NCBI GenBank assembly: GCA_041691275.1
Contig: JBEPUZ010000003.1
Span: 8,499-72,498, forward strand
Direction of reading: 5' to 3'
Length of the DNA: 64,000 nucleotides
Source: Actinomycetota bacterium
GTDB lineage: Bacteria > Actinomycetota > Acidimicrobiia > IMCC26256 > PALSA-610
In this document: piece after piece, positions 41,930-51,025 of the stretch
Numbering within the stretch: position 1 is the stretch's first letter
How the letters are laid out: each line of letters starts with the position of its first letter
Notes under the pieces: model-generated
Databases searched by the model: none
The model's input: the letters and a program-made list of their open reading frames with translations, nothing else
What the model was told of the DNA's origin: nothing
Program-made: the position numbers and the translations under genes

Positions 41930-42049
41930 TCAGGCCTTTCCGGCTCGACGGTTCTGCATCGCTTTGTCGATGCGTCGGCCGCGGGTCTCGGGCACCTCGA
42001 TACCCGTCGCCGTCGTCCCGCCGATCTCGACTTTGGCCCGGAACTTCAC
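41930..42049 (-). pseudogene. possible remnant of a DUF1905-family gene (39 codons)
   Basis: A GGAGG SD precedes GTG 42049. VKFRAKVEIGGTTATGIEVPE resembles the N-terminus of DUF1905 proteins, and the ORF then diverges and stops. It is not in the supplied track because it is too short. Confidence 0.3.
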
Positions 42050-42103
42050 GACGCCTCCGTGTGCGATTGACGCTCCGGCACGACGGTAAGACCGATCAAT
42101 CGC

Positions 42104-44194
42104 TCAAGATTCATCGGCCATATTGCCGGTCGGCGCGCGAACCTCGGATTCCGGAACATCGACGACGGACCCGTCGACCGCGCGTTCGCCGGGTTCCTCA
42201 GCGGGCTTGTCGCCGTTCCGCAGACCGTTCATCCCCTTGCCGTTGCCGCCGGTCCCGAGCGTCCGCATGAGCGTCGCCGCCAAGCCTTCGATCGCACCGC
42301 CACCCCCCGCGACCAGCACCTCGGGCACGATCGTGATGTGACCGTCGGCGACCGCGTTCGCGACCGCGACGAGTGCCGTGGCGCTCTGGCCGAGTGCTTC
42401 GGTCTGGGCCTGGAAACCGGCGGCCCGCGCGAGTCCGAGCGCTTCGGTCGCCTTCGCCTCCGCGAGCCCGATGGCCTGGGTCTTCGACGCCTCGGCCTCA
42501 CCGGTGAGCCGAACGAACGCGGCTTCGCCTCGGGCCTGCGCCTCGCGCGCCTGGGCTTCGTTGTTCTTGATCTCGATACCGACCGCCGACTGCGCGAGCT
42601 GCGCCTGCATGTCGGCGGTGCCCTTCGCCTTCTCCCGCTCGACGCGCGCGACCTCGGCGCGCTCCTCTTCCGCGTACGTCGTCTTCTCCTGGTTCGCGAT
42701 CTCGCGTTTGGTCAGCACCTCGACGAGCTCGTCCGGGAAGTCGACATCTTGGATGTACACGCCGCGCGTCTCGACGTCGTACGCGGCCAGGTAGGTGCGG
42801 ATCGCGTCGAGGGCGCTCGCCTGCACCTGGGGCCGGGTTTCGATGAAACGCACGGCCTCCAGGTTCTGGATCGTGTTGCGGAAGTGGTTGCCCACCGCGG
42901 CCTGCAGCACCTCGTTGACGAGGTTCTGCATCGTGCCGACCATCGAGATGACCTTCGGCGCGCGCGTGTCGGGCACGTGAATCTGGACCTGGAGGTCGAT
43001 CTTGAACACGAAGCCCTCGCGGCTCTTCGCTTCGATGGGCGAGAGGTGCGCGTCGAGGTTGTGCGCGGTCGACACCGCGTCGGCCCAGTTCAAGGTAAGG
43101 ATCGAGGTGGGGACGATCTCAGCCGCGTACACACGCGGGTTGATCGGGTACTTGCCCGTCCGCAACGGCTCGCTCCAGATGCCGCGGTGACCGGGGTGCA
43201 CGATCGATCCGAACTTGAACTCCTCGCCCGACGTGTCGAGCGTGGGGAGGCCGACGTACGCCTTGATGACCGCGACCTCACCCTGGTTGACGATGAGCAT
43301 CGGGACCATCTCGACGCGGGTCAGGAACGGGTTCAACAAGTACGCGCCGTAGAGCAGCGGGTCGTGTTGCAGACCAATGTGCCCGCCGGCCTCCAAGAAC
43401 CGCTGGAAGTCCTGATAGTTGTTGTGGAGGTCGTTCTTCGAGCCCATCAACACTTCGATGACCTCGGAGTCCTGCAGCGCTTGCGAGCCCTGTTCCATAC
43501 GGGCGATGTCGTCGTAACCACCGAGGCGGCTCGCGATGTCGCCCGACGGCAACGGCGGCCCTTCGAGCGTCGTGACGATGCCGATCATGTCCTGCGGTCC
43601 GCGGGGCGCGATCACGACGACCTGCAACTGCTCCGGCGTGAGCCCGAACGACTCGGGGCGGAGCTGCCCGCCGGTCGCCTTGGCCCGCTCGGAGACGTCG
43701 GGCGAGACCGGGAGGCCGTAAACCCGGCGCGTCGTGACCACGAGGAACGCGACCGGATGGATCGGGACCAACGTGCCCGGCGTCAACACGGGTCGCTGCA
43801 CACCTTTTTGCCCGCCGCCCGCGATGAAGTTCTGAAGCGACGAGAAGTTCTCGAACTCAGGCTTGTAGACGGCGCTCTTGGCGCCGATCGGCAGCGGCGT
43901 GCCGACCTGGGCGATCACCACGCCGATCTCGCCGGCGGGAACCTGCACCCACGGGAACTTCTTCACGCCGAATACCGGCCACAGCTTGAAGCGAAGCCCG
44001 GGGGTGAGGAGTTCGGCTTGAAAACCGGCTTCGCCGTGCAGCGCGATGGGGTTGTCCGAGGGCAGCTTCTTGAACGAGAAGCGCTTCTGGACGAGGCCGA
44101 CCTCGGTGGGGCCGATCGTGTGGAACGACTGCAGCGCGATCAGCACGAGGACGACCACGATGAGGACGACCAGGACGAGTATTGCGACCGACAT
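42104..44194 (-). CDS. large SPFH/flotillin-like membrane protein
   Basis: Start at ATG 44194 (MSVAILVLVVLIVVVLVLIAL...) with an AGGAGG SD 8 nt upstream. N-terminal TM, SPFH region, then an Ala/Glu-rich coiled-coil flotillin-type region (EEERAEVARVEREKAKG...AQAREAQARGEAA). Confidence 0.85.
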   Translation of the reverse strand: MSVAILVLVVLIVVVLVLIALQSFHTIGPTEVGLVQKRFSFKKLPSDNPIALHGEAGFQAELLTPGLRFKLWPVFGVKKFPWVQVPAGEIGVVIAQVGTPLPIGAKSAVYKPEFENFSSLQNFIAGGGQKGVQRPVLTPGTLVPIHPVAFLVVTTRRVYGLPVSPDVSERAKATGGQLRPESFGLTPEQLQVVVIAPRGPQDMIGIVTTLEGPPLPSGDIASRLGGYDDIARMEQGSQALQDSEVIEVLMGSKNDLHNNYQDFQRFLEAGGHIGLQHDPLLYGAYLLNPFLTRVEMVPMLIVNQGEVAVIKAYVGLPTLDTSGEEFKFGSIVHPGHRGIWSEPLRTGKYPINPRVYAAEIVPTSILTLNWADAVSTAHNLDAHLSPIEAKSREGFVFKIDLQVQIHVPDTRAPKVISMVGTMQNLVNEVLQAAVGNHFRNTIQNLEAVRFIETRPQVQASALDAIRTYLAAYDVETRGVYIQDVDFPDELVEVLTKREIANQEKTTYAEEERAEVARVEREKAKGTADMQAQLAQSAVGIEIKNNEAQAREAQARGEAAFVRLTGEAEASKTQAIGLAEAKATEALGLARAAGFQAQTEALGQSATALVAVANAVADGHITIVPEVLVAGGGGAIEGLAATLMRTLGTGGNGKGMNGLRNGDKPAEEPGERAVDGSVVDVPESEVRAPTGNMADES

Positions 44195-44310
44195 TGTGAC
44201 TGCCTCCTGTGACCACCCACGATCACGTCGGCCGGTCGGCCGTCTGTGAGTAGGTGTACGGCCAAATGGGCCGCCGTCATTATGGACGCGCGTCACGACC
44301 TACCGGTCGC

Positions 44311-45141
44311 TCAGATGCCTCCGCCAAGACGCGTACGCCACGCCCGGAGCGCCGCGGCCCGGCCTGTATCGCCGTATTGGTCCATCAGCTCTATGTGGAC
44401 GGCGAGAAAGAAGTCGTAGACGGCTCCGATACCGGCGCCGACGAGGTGCTCGGCCTCGACCGGGTCGACCGGCTCGGTGCGCCAGGCGGCGGCGCGGCGA
44501 ACGAGATCGCCTTCGGGATACCCGCCGTCGACCCACCACGCCGCCGCCGACTCGTTCGTGCCCATCTCGCCGGTGCGCGCGGTGAACGTGAACCGGACCG
44601 GGAAGAGGATCCGCTTGGTGAGGTGACGGGCGCCGCCGGCCACGAGCGCGCGCGGGCGACTCAGCTCCTCGACGACGGCGGTGGTCGAGAGCTTGTCGAT
44701 GGCGAACTGCGTCGCCTCGGCCACGAGGTCGCGCTGCGTCGGGCGCACGATCGTCGTGAGGTCGAAACCGCCCCGCCGGAGCTGTCCGTGTGCGGCGAGA
44801 TCGAGCCGGTCGAGCGCCGGGAGTCGTCCCGCGGCGGGATCGATCTCCCCCGTCAAAGCGGACGGACTCGACCAGAACACCGAGAGCCGTTCGGCAAGGC
44901 CGCCGAGGGTGCGGACACCTCGCGTGATCTCCGCGATCGTCGTCCGATCGTCGGCAGTCAGAGGGTCGGCGACCACGACGGCCAGATCGACGTCGCTCAC
45001 CACCCGACTGAAACCGCCGTGGGCCAGGCTGCCGATGACGAACGTCGCGACGAGACGATCGGCAAAAGCGCGGTCGACGAGGTCGGCCGCGAGCTCGAGG
45101 ATCGCCTCGGGATCGTCGATGCTCAGGCGCCCGTCCAGCAC
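44311..45141 (-). CDS. nucleotidyltransferase domain protein (ANT(3'')/AadA-like architecture)
   Basis: NTase motif VIGSLAHGGFSRVVSDVDLAVVV plus a C-terminal helical domain resembling DUF4111. No ATG is available. The GTG at 45141 is the first in-frame start and overlaps the upstream lipoprotein gene by 19 nt. Confidence 0.7.
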   Translation of the reverse strand: MLDGRLSIDDPEAILELAADLVDRAFADRLVATFVIGSLAHGGFSRVVSDVDLAVVVADPLTADDRTTIAEITRGVRTLGGLAERLSVFWSSPSALTGEIDPAAGRLPALDRLDLAAHGQLRRGGFDLTTIVRPTQRDLVAEATQFAIDKLSTTAVVEELSRPRALVAGGARHLTKRILFPVRFTFTARTGEMGTNESAAAWWVDGGYPEGDLVRRAAAWRTEPVDPVEAEHLVGAGIGAVYDFFLAVHIELMDQYGDTGRAAALRAWRTRLGGGI

Positions 45142-45701
45142 GACATGATCGTCTCGGCCACGTTGATGGCAACGTCGCCGCGCGCCGCCGACGGCAATCC
45201 GAAGTTGGCCGGGAGCTTCGTGATGTCGACCAGCAGGACCTTGAAGTCCTTGCGCACGACCACCGAACCGTCCTGCACCTGGAATGCGCCCTGCCCGATC
45301 GTCAGGGTCCGCGTCTTGTGCAGCTTGGTTGCGAGCGAATCGAAGTAGGCCTTCGTCTCCGCCGAGTTGGAAACCTCTTTGACGGAGAGTTTGATGACCG
45401 CGCCCTTGGGATACACGTAGTCGCACGAGTACACGTGATCGACCCACGTCGCCTTCAACGGCGCAATGGTCTTCACACCTGTCGCCTGGTCGTAGATGTC
45501 TCTGGCGGCTCCGTCCTCACAGATCATCTTCGCCGACTCCGACGGCTCGTTCGACGCCTGCTTGGCGACGTGTGTGGTCGTCACCGTGCCGCCGCCCGCA
45601 GTCGTAGCCGTGGTCGGGGAGCTCGCCTTCGACGACCCACCGCACGCGGTGAGAACGAGCGCGATGGCGGCGGGGATCAGAACGAGCAGACGTGTACGCA
45701 C
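45123..45701 (-). CDS. hypothetical lipoprotein
   Basis: Start at GTG 45701 (VRTRLLVLIPAAIALVLTACGGS, lipobox). 192 aa with no recognised family. Confidence 0.65.
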   Translation of the reverse strand: MRTRLLVLIPAAIALVLTACGGSSKASSPTTATTAGGGTVTTTHVAKQASNEPSESAKMICEDGAARDIYDQATGVKTIAPLKATWVDHVYSCDYVYPKGAVIKLSVKEVSNSAETKAYFDSLATKLHKTRTLTIGQGAFQVQDGSVVVRKDFKVLLVDITKLPANFGLPSAARGDVAINVAETIMSCWTGA

Positions 45702-45790
45702 CTCGTCGAGCGTATCGAGTCTCGCCGGGCTACTGCAGTCGCCACGGATGCGGCGCCGGCCCGACAGGGCACGGGCGGTAGCGTGCGCGG

Positions 45791-46501
45791 GTGCGGCGGT
45801 TCGGGGTGTTTGCGCTCGCCACGGCATTCGCCACCGGCACGATGCTCGCGGCGGGCACGGTGACGGCCTCGGCGCACATCTGCCCGGTCCCCGCCCAGAT
45901 CGTCATCGGGCAAACGGCGACGATCGACGTCGGCGTGACCGTGGAGAACGCGACCGTGCCCGATGTCGAGATCGACATTCCGGTCGGCCTTCGTCTCGAC
46001 CGGGTCGACGCCAAGGACGGGTGGACGTTCACCCGCAACGCGTCGACCGTCCGGTACCACGGCGGCCCGATCCGCGCGTACCAGTGCCAGTTCTTCTCCC
46101 TCGGTGTGACCGCGTCGACCCGCGGTTCGTGGGGCATCGCCGTGGTGCAGCGGACCGCCGCCGGCGTCGTCGTCGCCCGCTCCGCACCGGATCCCGCCAG
46201 CTCTGCCGACCGGGTGCTCGACCAGTTCGTGTACGCGGGCGTGAAGCCCCCGTCGCCTGCGGGTTCGAGCGGACCCTCGGCTGCGATCCTCGCCGGCATC
46301 GCGATCATCGGTGTCGGCGTCGCGATGTTCGCGGTGTTGCGCATCCGCGCGTGGCGCGCCGCCCGCGACGACGACTACTACGACGACGCGGTTGATCACG
46401 ACCGCGACGCGGGATCCGACGACGGGGCGCGGGATGCGGAACTGCAGGCGCGGTTGGAGCGCTTCAGGAAGCGGACGCCGGATCCTCCGTCCCCGAGGTA
46501 G
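45791..46501 (+). CDS. YcnI-like (DUF1775) copper-binding protein with a C-terminal membrane anchor
   Basis: Signal peptide ending TASA|H. ...IDIPVGLRLDRVDAKDGWTF...VRYHGGPI......VVQRTAAGVVVA fits the DUF1775 pattern. TM AAILAGIAIIGVGVAMFAVL followed by an acidic tail. Confidence 0.7.
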   Translation: MRRFGVFALATAFATGTMLAAGTVTASAHICPVPAQIVIGQTATIDVGVTVENATVPDVEIDIPVGLRLDRVDAKDGWTFTRNASTVRYHGGPIRAYQCQFFSLGVTASTRGSWGIAVVQRTAAGVVVARSAPDPASSADRVLDQFVYAGVKPPSPAGSSGPSAAILAGIAIIGVGVAMFAVLRIRAWRAARDDDYYDDAVDHDRDAGSDDGARDAELQARLERFRKRTPDPPSPR

Positions 46502-48026
46502 ACGACTCGGGAATGTACGGCGCAAGCTGCGCGACGAACTCGGAGTCGCCGGTGACCTCGACCAGACCGCGGGCGATCGCATCGCCGACCGCCAACGTGC
46601 CCGCGAGCAGCTGCAACATCACGACGAACGGTGCGCTCAGGCCTGCGGCCTCGGGCGCGGCCGTTCCCCTCCGTGCCGCGAGCCTCGTCGCTTCGTTGCG
46701 GCGATCCGACCCGTCGGCGGGACCGTCGGTAGAACCGTCGGCGCGGGTGATCGACCAGGTCGACGGGCCGGGTTGGTCGGACAGCACGAACGCCACCGAA
46801 CCGGCGGCGAACGCGCCGGCCATGGTCTCGGCCCGCGTCGCCAGCTCCCGCAGGGCGACGTCGAGGACCTCGTCCGCGTCGAGCTCGGGCACGATCCGCG
46901 CCAGCTCCGCGTCCGAGAGCCCGGTCACCAGGACCGACAGCCATTTCCCGCGGGACCGGTTTTCGTCATCGGTATTGCGGCTCCGCAGCATCCGGATCAG
47001 CGCACCGATGACGAGCCCGCTGCCGATGCCGAGCGCGATCACGACCTCGACGCGCGTCAACCACGCGGGGCCGAAGTCGGGTATCTGCGACTTCCACAAC
47101 GCCGACAGGTCGGTCGCGCCACCGATCAACGCGATCAACAGCCCGACGAACACGACGCCGTACAACGCTTCGACCCGGCGGCGCAGCAGCGTGATGATCG
47201 TCGGTGCCGCCGCGATCCACACCGCGATCGACACGAAGCTGCCGCCGAGGAACTGCACGAACTTGGTGGGGTTGGCGCCGGGCCTCGGAATCTCGAACCC
47301 GATCGCGTGCGCGATGTCCGACACCACGATCACCCCCACGAGCACTGCGAGGACGCGCCACCACCTCGACCGCAGCGCGGCGACGAGACCGAGCGCGAAC
47401 AGCACGCCGACCGCGGGTAGCCACGGCCAACCACTCGGACCCGGGACCCAGTCGAGCGCGACCGCGATCGCGACGCGCTGGCCGTCCCGCACGAACACCA
47501 CATTCTCCTGCGAGAGGTGGTAGAAGCTTCCGGGCGCGGCGACGACGGGGGGTGGCGGTTGCGTGCTCATCCAGTGAATGCGATGGTCGTGCCAACGTGC
47601 AGAACGGCCGGAGGAGATCTTCTTCCATTCCGGTGTCGCCGTCGGCCTCGTGTCGATCCCGGGGGGAACCGTTCCGAGGGTCCGGGTCTTGTTGATGTAC
47701 GTCGCCTGCGAGTGCAGGTTCTCGAACACACCTTCAGGCCCGATGCGGAGGTACGGCTCCGACTCGTAGCCGAGGACGGTGATCTCGGTCGACGTGCGGT
47801 TCGTGATCTCGAACTGATTGCCGAGGTCGACGACCTGCGCGGTTATGCCCGGAATCGCCTGCGAGAAGCCGACGATACGGGTCCGGAAGTTGGTCGGCTT
47901 GGGCCCGCTGATCGTGTGCGCGGAAGCGGGCGTCGCACTCAACCCGAGCAGTCCGAGAACGATGATCGCGCCCACGATCGAGGTTGCCGCGATCGTGGCG
48001 ATCCGGAGCACGAGCCATCGGCGCAC
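46464..48026 (-). CDS. uncharacterised membrane protein: exported N-terminal-His domain + 5 TM + cytoplasmic SCP2-like domain
   Basis: Signal peptide ending PASA|HTISGP. About 165-aa ectodomain with a WHDHRIHWM motif. Five hydrophobic helices. The C-terminus LSDAELARIV...FVVMLQLLAGTLAVGDAIARGLVEVTGD resembles SCP2 sterol-carrier domains. Confidence 0.7.
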   Translation of the reverse strand: MRRWLVLRIATIAATSIVGAIIVLGLLGLSATPASAHTISGPKPTNFRTRIVGFSQAIPGITAQVVDLGNQFEITNRTSTEITVLGYESEPYLRIGPEGVFENLHSQATYINKTRTLGTVPPGIDTRPTATPEWKKISSGRSARWHDHRIHWMSTQPPPPVVAAPGSFYHLSQENVVFVRDGQRVAIAVALDWVPGPSGWPWLPAVGVLFALGLVAALRSRWWRVLAVLVGVIVVSDIAHAIGFEIPRPGANPTKFVQFLGGSFVSIAVWIAAAPTIITLLRRRVEALYGVVFVGLLIALIGGATDLSALWKSQIPDFGPAWLTRVEVVIALGIGSGLVIGALIRMLRSRNTDDENRSRGKWLSVLVTGLSDAELARIVPELDADEVLDVALRELATRAETMAGAFAAGSVAFVLSDQPGPSTWSITRADGSTDGPADGSDRRNEATRLAARRGTAAPEAAGLSAPFVVMLQLLAGTLAVGDAIARGLVEVTGDSEFVAQLAPYIPESSTSGTEDPASAS

Positions 48027-48111
48027 GTGGCCACGCTATGACGCGCGCCCGGCGGCGCCGGGACCGGCCGCTCCGCCCGAAGGCCCCGGCGGGTCGTATT
48101 GTGACGCGCAC

Positions 48112-49824
48112 ATGAGAGTAGGGCGACTGGCTCGGCTCTGCGTCGTACCGGCTCTCGCGGGAATCATCCTGATCGCGACAGCTGCCCCGGCGTGGGCCCA
48201 CGCGATCTTGATGACCACCGATCCCCCCAAGGACGGCGTCGTCGCGGTGTCAAACGCCCAACTGTCGCTGACGTACAACGAGAACGTCGAAGTGTCGTTC
48301 GGCGCGATCCGGGTCTATACATGCGCGGGCAAACGCATCACGACCGGATCGCCGCACCACACCCCCGGGAACGACCACACCGTCGCCCTGACGATCCCGA
48401 AGCTCTCCGGCGGCGTCTACCTCGTGTCGTGGCGCGTCATCTCCGCCGACTCCCATCCCGTGAACGGCACGTACTCCTTCCGCATCGGCGTCGGCGCGGC
48501 CCCGAGCGTCACCGGGTGCGCGACCGAGACGACCGCGAAGAGCAGTCGGACCGTCGGTGTGTTGTTCGGCATCGCGCGCGCCGGGGTGTTCGCGGGTTTG
48601 GCCCTGTTGATCGGCGGCGGAGTCTTCCTCTTCCTCATCGCGGCCGGGACGAGCGCGGCGAAGTCGACCCGGCGCACGATGTGGATCGGGTGGATCGTGC
48701 TCACCGTCTCGACGGTGGCGGCGGTCATGCTGCAGGGCCCGTACGCGGCCGGCGCCGGGATCGGCGACGCGGTCAAGTGGTCGGTCGTGCACGACGTGCT
48801 GCACACCCGATTCGGGCACGTGACCGAAGTCCGACTCGCGCTCCTCGCCGTCGCGCTGGCGTTGCTGGCGTTCGTGGCCGGCGTCGTCCGCAACCGTCGG
48901 GCCCCGATCGGGTGGACGATTCCCGCGGTGCTCGTGGCGATCGGGCTCGCGGGCACACCCGGGTATGCGGGCCACGCCGCGACCGGCGACTTCACGATCT
49001 TCGCGGTGCCGCTCGACACGATCCACGTCCTGGCCATGAGCGTGTGGCTCGGCGGCCTGGTCGTGCTGCTCGTCGCGGCGATGGGCGGCGGGTTCAGCGG
49101 CAGCCTTCGACATGCACTCGGCACGTTCTCGCGCATCGCCTTTTGGTGCGTCGTCATCCTGATCTCGAGCGGCCTGTTCGCGTCGTGGCGCCAGGTCGGT
49201 TTCACGATTCGCGGCTACACGCACACGAGCTACGGCAACATCCTGTTGGTCAAGCTCGCGATCTTCGTCGGACTACTCGCACTCGCCGCGGTCAGCCGAT
49301 CGATCGTGCGCAAACGCCGATCCGCCCCGCTCGACGCACCCGAGAGCGTGGTCGCCGCCGTCGACGAGCGCACCATCACCGGGTTGCGCCGGTCGGTCGC
49401 GGGAGAGGTGGCATTGGGGTTGGCGGTGCTCGCGGTCACTGCGATCCTCGTCAACGCGCAACCGGCGCGCAGCGCGCTCACGCCGAAGCTCTTCTCGGCG
49501 ACGGTGGTGGCCGGCACCGGTCCGAGCGCGATGACCATCCAGGCGACGATCGACCCCGCGCGCGTCGGGCTCAATCAAATCCACATATACACGCTCACGC
49601 CCAAGGGCGCCGACCTGACCGTGCGTGACATCTCGGCCAAGCTCGTCGACGGCACGACATCGGTGCCGGCCGGGCTCATCCGTGCGGGCGCGAATCACTT
49701 CCTGACGACGAATGCCGCGATCCCCACCTCGGGCAAGTATCAGATGGAGATCCACGTCCTGCAGGTGATCGACGGCCGGCTCATCGACACCGTCGGTGTG
49801 CTCGTCGTCCCGATCGGCGGCTGA
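48112..49824 (+). CDS. fused CopC-CopD copper resistance protein (YcnJ-like) with a C-terminal extracytoplasmic domain
   Basis: Start at ATG 48112 (MRVGRLARL...APAWA|HAILMTTDP). CopC motif YLVSWRVISADSHPVNGTYSF, then about 8 TM of CopD type and a C-terminal beta-rich domain. The track ORF is over-extended to 47818. Confidence 0.85.
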   Translation: MRVGRLARLCVVPALAGIILIATAAPAWAHAILMTTDPPKDGVVAVSNAQLSLTYNENVEVSFGAIRVYTCAGKRITTGSPHHTPGNDHTVALTIPKLSGGVYLVSWRVISADSHPVNGTYSFRIGVGAAPSVTGCATETTAKSSRTVGVLFGIARAGVFAGLALLIGGGVFLFLIAAGTSAAKSTRRTMWIGWIVLTVSTVAAVMLQGPYAAGAGIGDAVKWSVVHDVLHTRFGHVTEVRLALLAVALALLAFVAGVVRNRRAPIGWTIPAVLVAIGLAGTPGYAGHAATGDFTIFAVPLDTIHVLAMSVWLGGLVVLLVAAMGGGFSGSLRHALGTFSRIAFWCVVILISSGLFASWRQVGFTIRGYTHTSYGNILLVKLAIFVGLLALAAVSRSIVRKRRSAPLDAPESVVAAVDERTITGLRRSVAGEVALGLAVLAVTAILVNAQPARSALTPKLFSATVVAGTGPSAMTIQATIDPARVGLNQIHIYTLTPKGADLTVRDISAKLVDGTTSVPAGLIRAGANHFLTTNAAIPTSGKYQMEIHVLQVIDGRLIDTVGVLVVPIGG

Positions 49825-49846
49825 CTAATACCCCATCGTCGGCGCG

Positions 49847-50242
49847 TTACTTGTCGTCGCGGAGAGCTTGGATCAGCTGCTCGGTCTGTTCGCGCTGCTC
49901 GTACACGAGGCGGATGATCCAATAGCGCAGGTAACGGGTGATCGAGTTGCGCAGCCAGATCACGATGCCGATGACGCTGATACCGATACCGATCAGCGCA
50001 AAGATCTCCGAGCGCAGCATCGTGGCCGTGCCGCTGCCGTCGCCCGGCGCGTCGAGCGCGTTCCACCACGAGATGCCGGCTACGACGAAGCCGAGGATTG
50101 TGAGGCCGATGCCCCACTGCGAGCCGAGACGCTCGGGGTTCGCGCCGCCGCCCGTCACCTTCAGCTTGGCCACTTCGCTCTCGAACTGAGACAAGCGCGA
50201 CGACGACATCGTGCCGCTCGTATCGGTGTTCTCGTCGTTCAT
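49847..50242 (-). CDS. small hypothetical membrane protein (2 TM)
   Basis: Start at ATG 50242 (MNDENTDTSG...) with a GAGGAG SD 9 nt upstream. TM segments WGIGLTILGFVVAGISWW and IFALIGIGISVIGIVIWL. Confidence 0.6.
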   Translation of the reverse strand: MNDENTDTSGTMSSSRLSQFESEVAKLKVTGGGANPERLGSQWGIGLTILGFVVAGISWWNALDAPGDGSGTATMLRSEIFALIGIGISVIGIVIWLRNSITRYLRYWIIRLVYEQREQTEQLIQALRDDK

Positions 50243-50255
50243 GACTCGGAACTCC

Positions 50256-50975
50256 TCATCGGGGTGAATCAGCCGCCGGAGCGGTGTGTTCGGCGCCAAG
50301 ATACGCGTCGGAGAGCTCGCCCGCGATGCTTGCCGGTGGACCGGTGTGCAACAAGCGGCCGTGCAGCATGATCCCGGCCCGATCGGCGAGCCCGAGGATC
50401 TCGTGCGCGAACTGCTCGACGATCAGGATCGACAGACCCGACGCCGCGATCCGGCGTACGTGGTCGTACAGCTCATCGACGATGATCGGCGCGAGCCCCA
50501 TCGAGAGCTCGTCGATGAGGAGCACCGCGGGCTCGGTGGCAAGGGCGCGAGCCATCGACAGCATCTGCTGCTCGCCGCCCGACATCGTGCCCGCGGTTTG
50601 CTTCCGCCGCTCACTCAAGCGCGGGAACTGCGCGAACGCGAGCTCGAGAACGTCGTGGTACGAGTGGCCGGTATAGGTGGCCATCCGCAGGTTCTCGGCG
50701 ACCGTGAGGTTGGGGAAGATGCCCCGGCCCTCCGGGATCAAGCACACGCCGGCGCGGGCCAGGGCGTCGGACGACACGCCGGTGACGTCGCGTCCGCAGA
50801 GCAGCACGCCCCCCGAGCTCGGAGTGATCTGGCCCGACGCGACCGCTAGGGTGGTCGACTTGCCGGCGCCGTTCGGTCCGAGCAGCGCGAACACCTCGCC
50901 CGGCATGAGCTCGAGATCGATCCCGTGCAACACGTCGATCCGGCCGTAGCCCGCGCGCACCGCCGCGAGCTGCAT
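50256..50975 (-). CDS. livF: branched-chain amino acid ABC transporter ATP-binding protein (LivF-type)
   Basis: Walker A GPNGAGKST, signature MSGGEQQML, Walker B LLIDELSMGL. ATG 50975 chosen. A GTG at 51029 overlapping the livG stop is an alternative. Confidence 0.9.
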   Translation of the reverse strand: MQLAAVRAGYGRIDVLHGIDLELMPGEVFALLGPNGAGKSTTLAVASGQITPSSGGVLLCGRDVTGVSSDALARAGVCLIPEGRGIFPNLTVAENLRMATYTGHSYHDVLELAFAQFPRLSERRKQTAGTMSGGEQQMLSMARALATEPAVLLIDELSMGLAPIIVDELYDHVRRIAASGLSILIVEQFAHEILGLADRAGIMLHGRLLHTGPPASIAGELSDAYLGAEHTAPAADSPR

Positions 50976-51025
50976 TACCGGGACCGTCGCCCGCGTACCG
51001 TCTGCGGGCACACTCGCGAGCGCGG

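Noticed and set aside
42338-44212. 624-aa plus-strand ORF
   Set aside because: It is antisense to the flotillin-like gene. It is Arg/Asp/Leu-rich without motifs. The flotillin frame has a strong SD, a TM and an SPFH/coiled-coil pattern.
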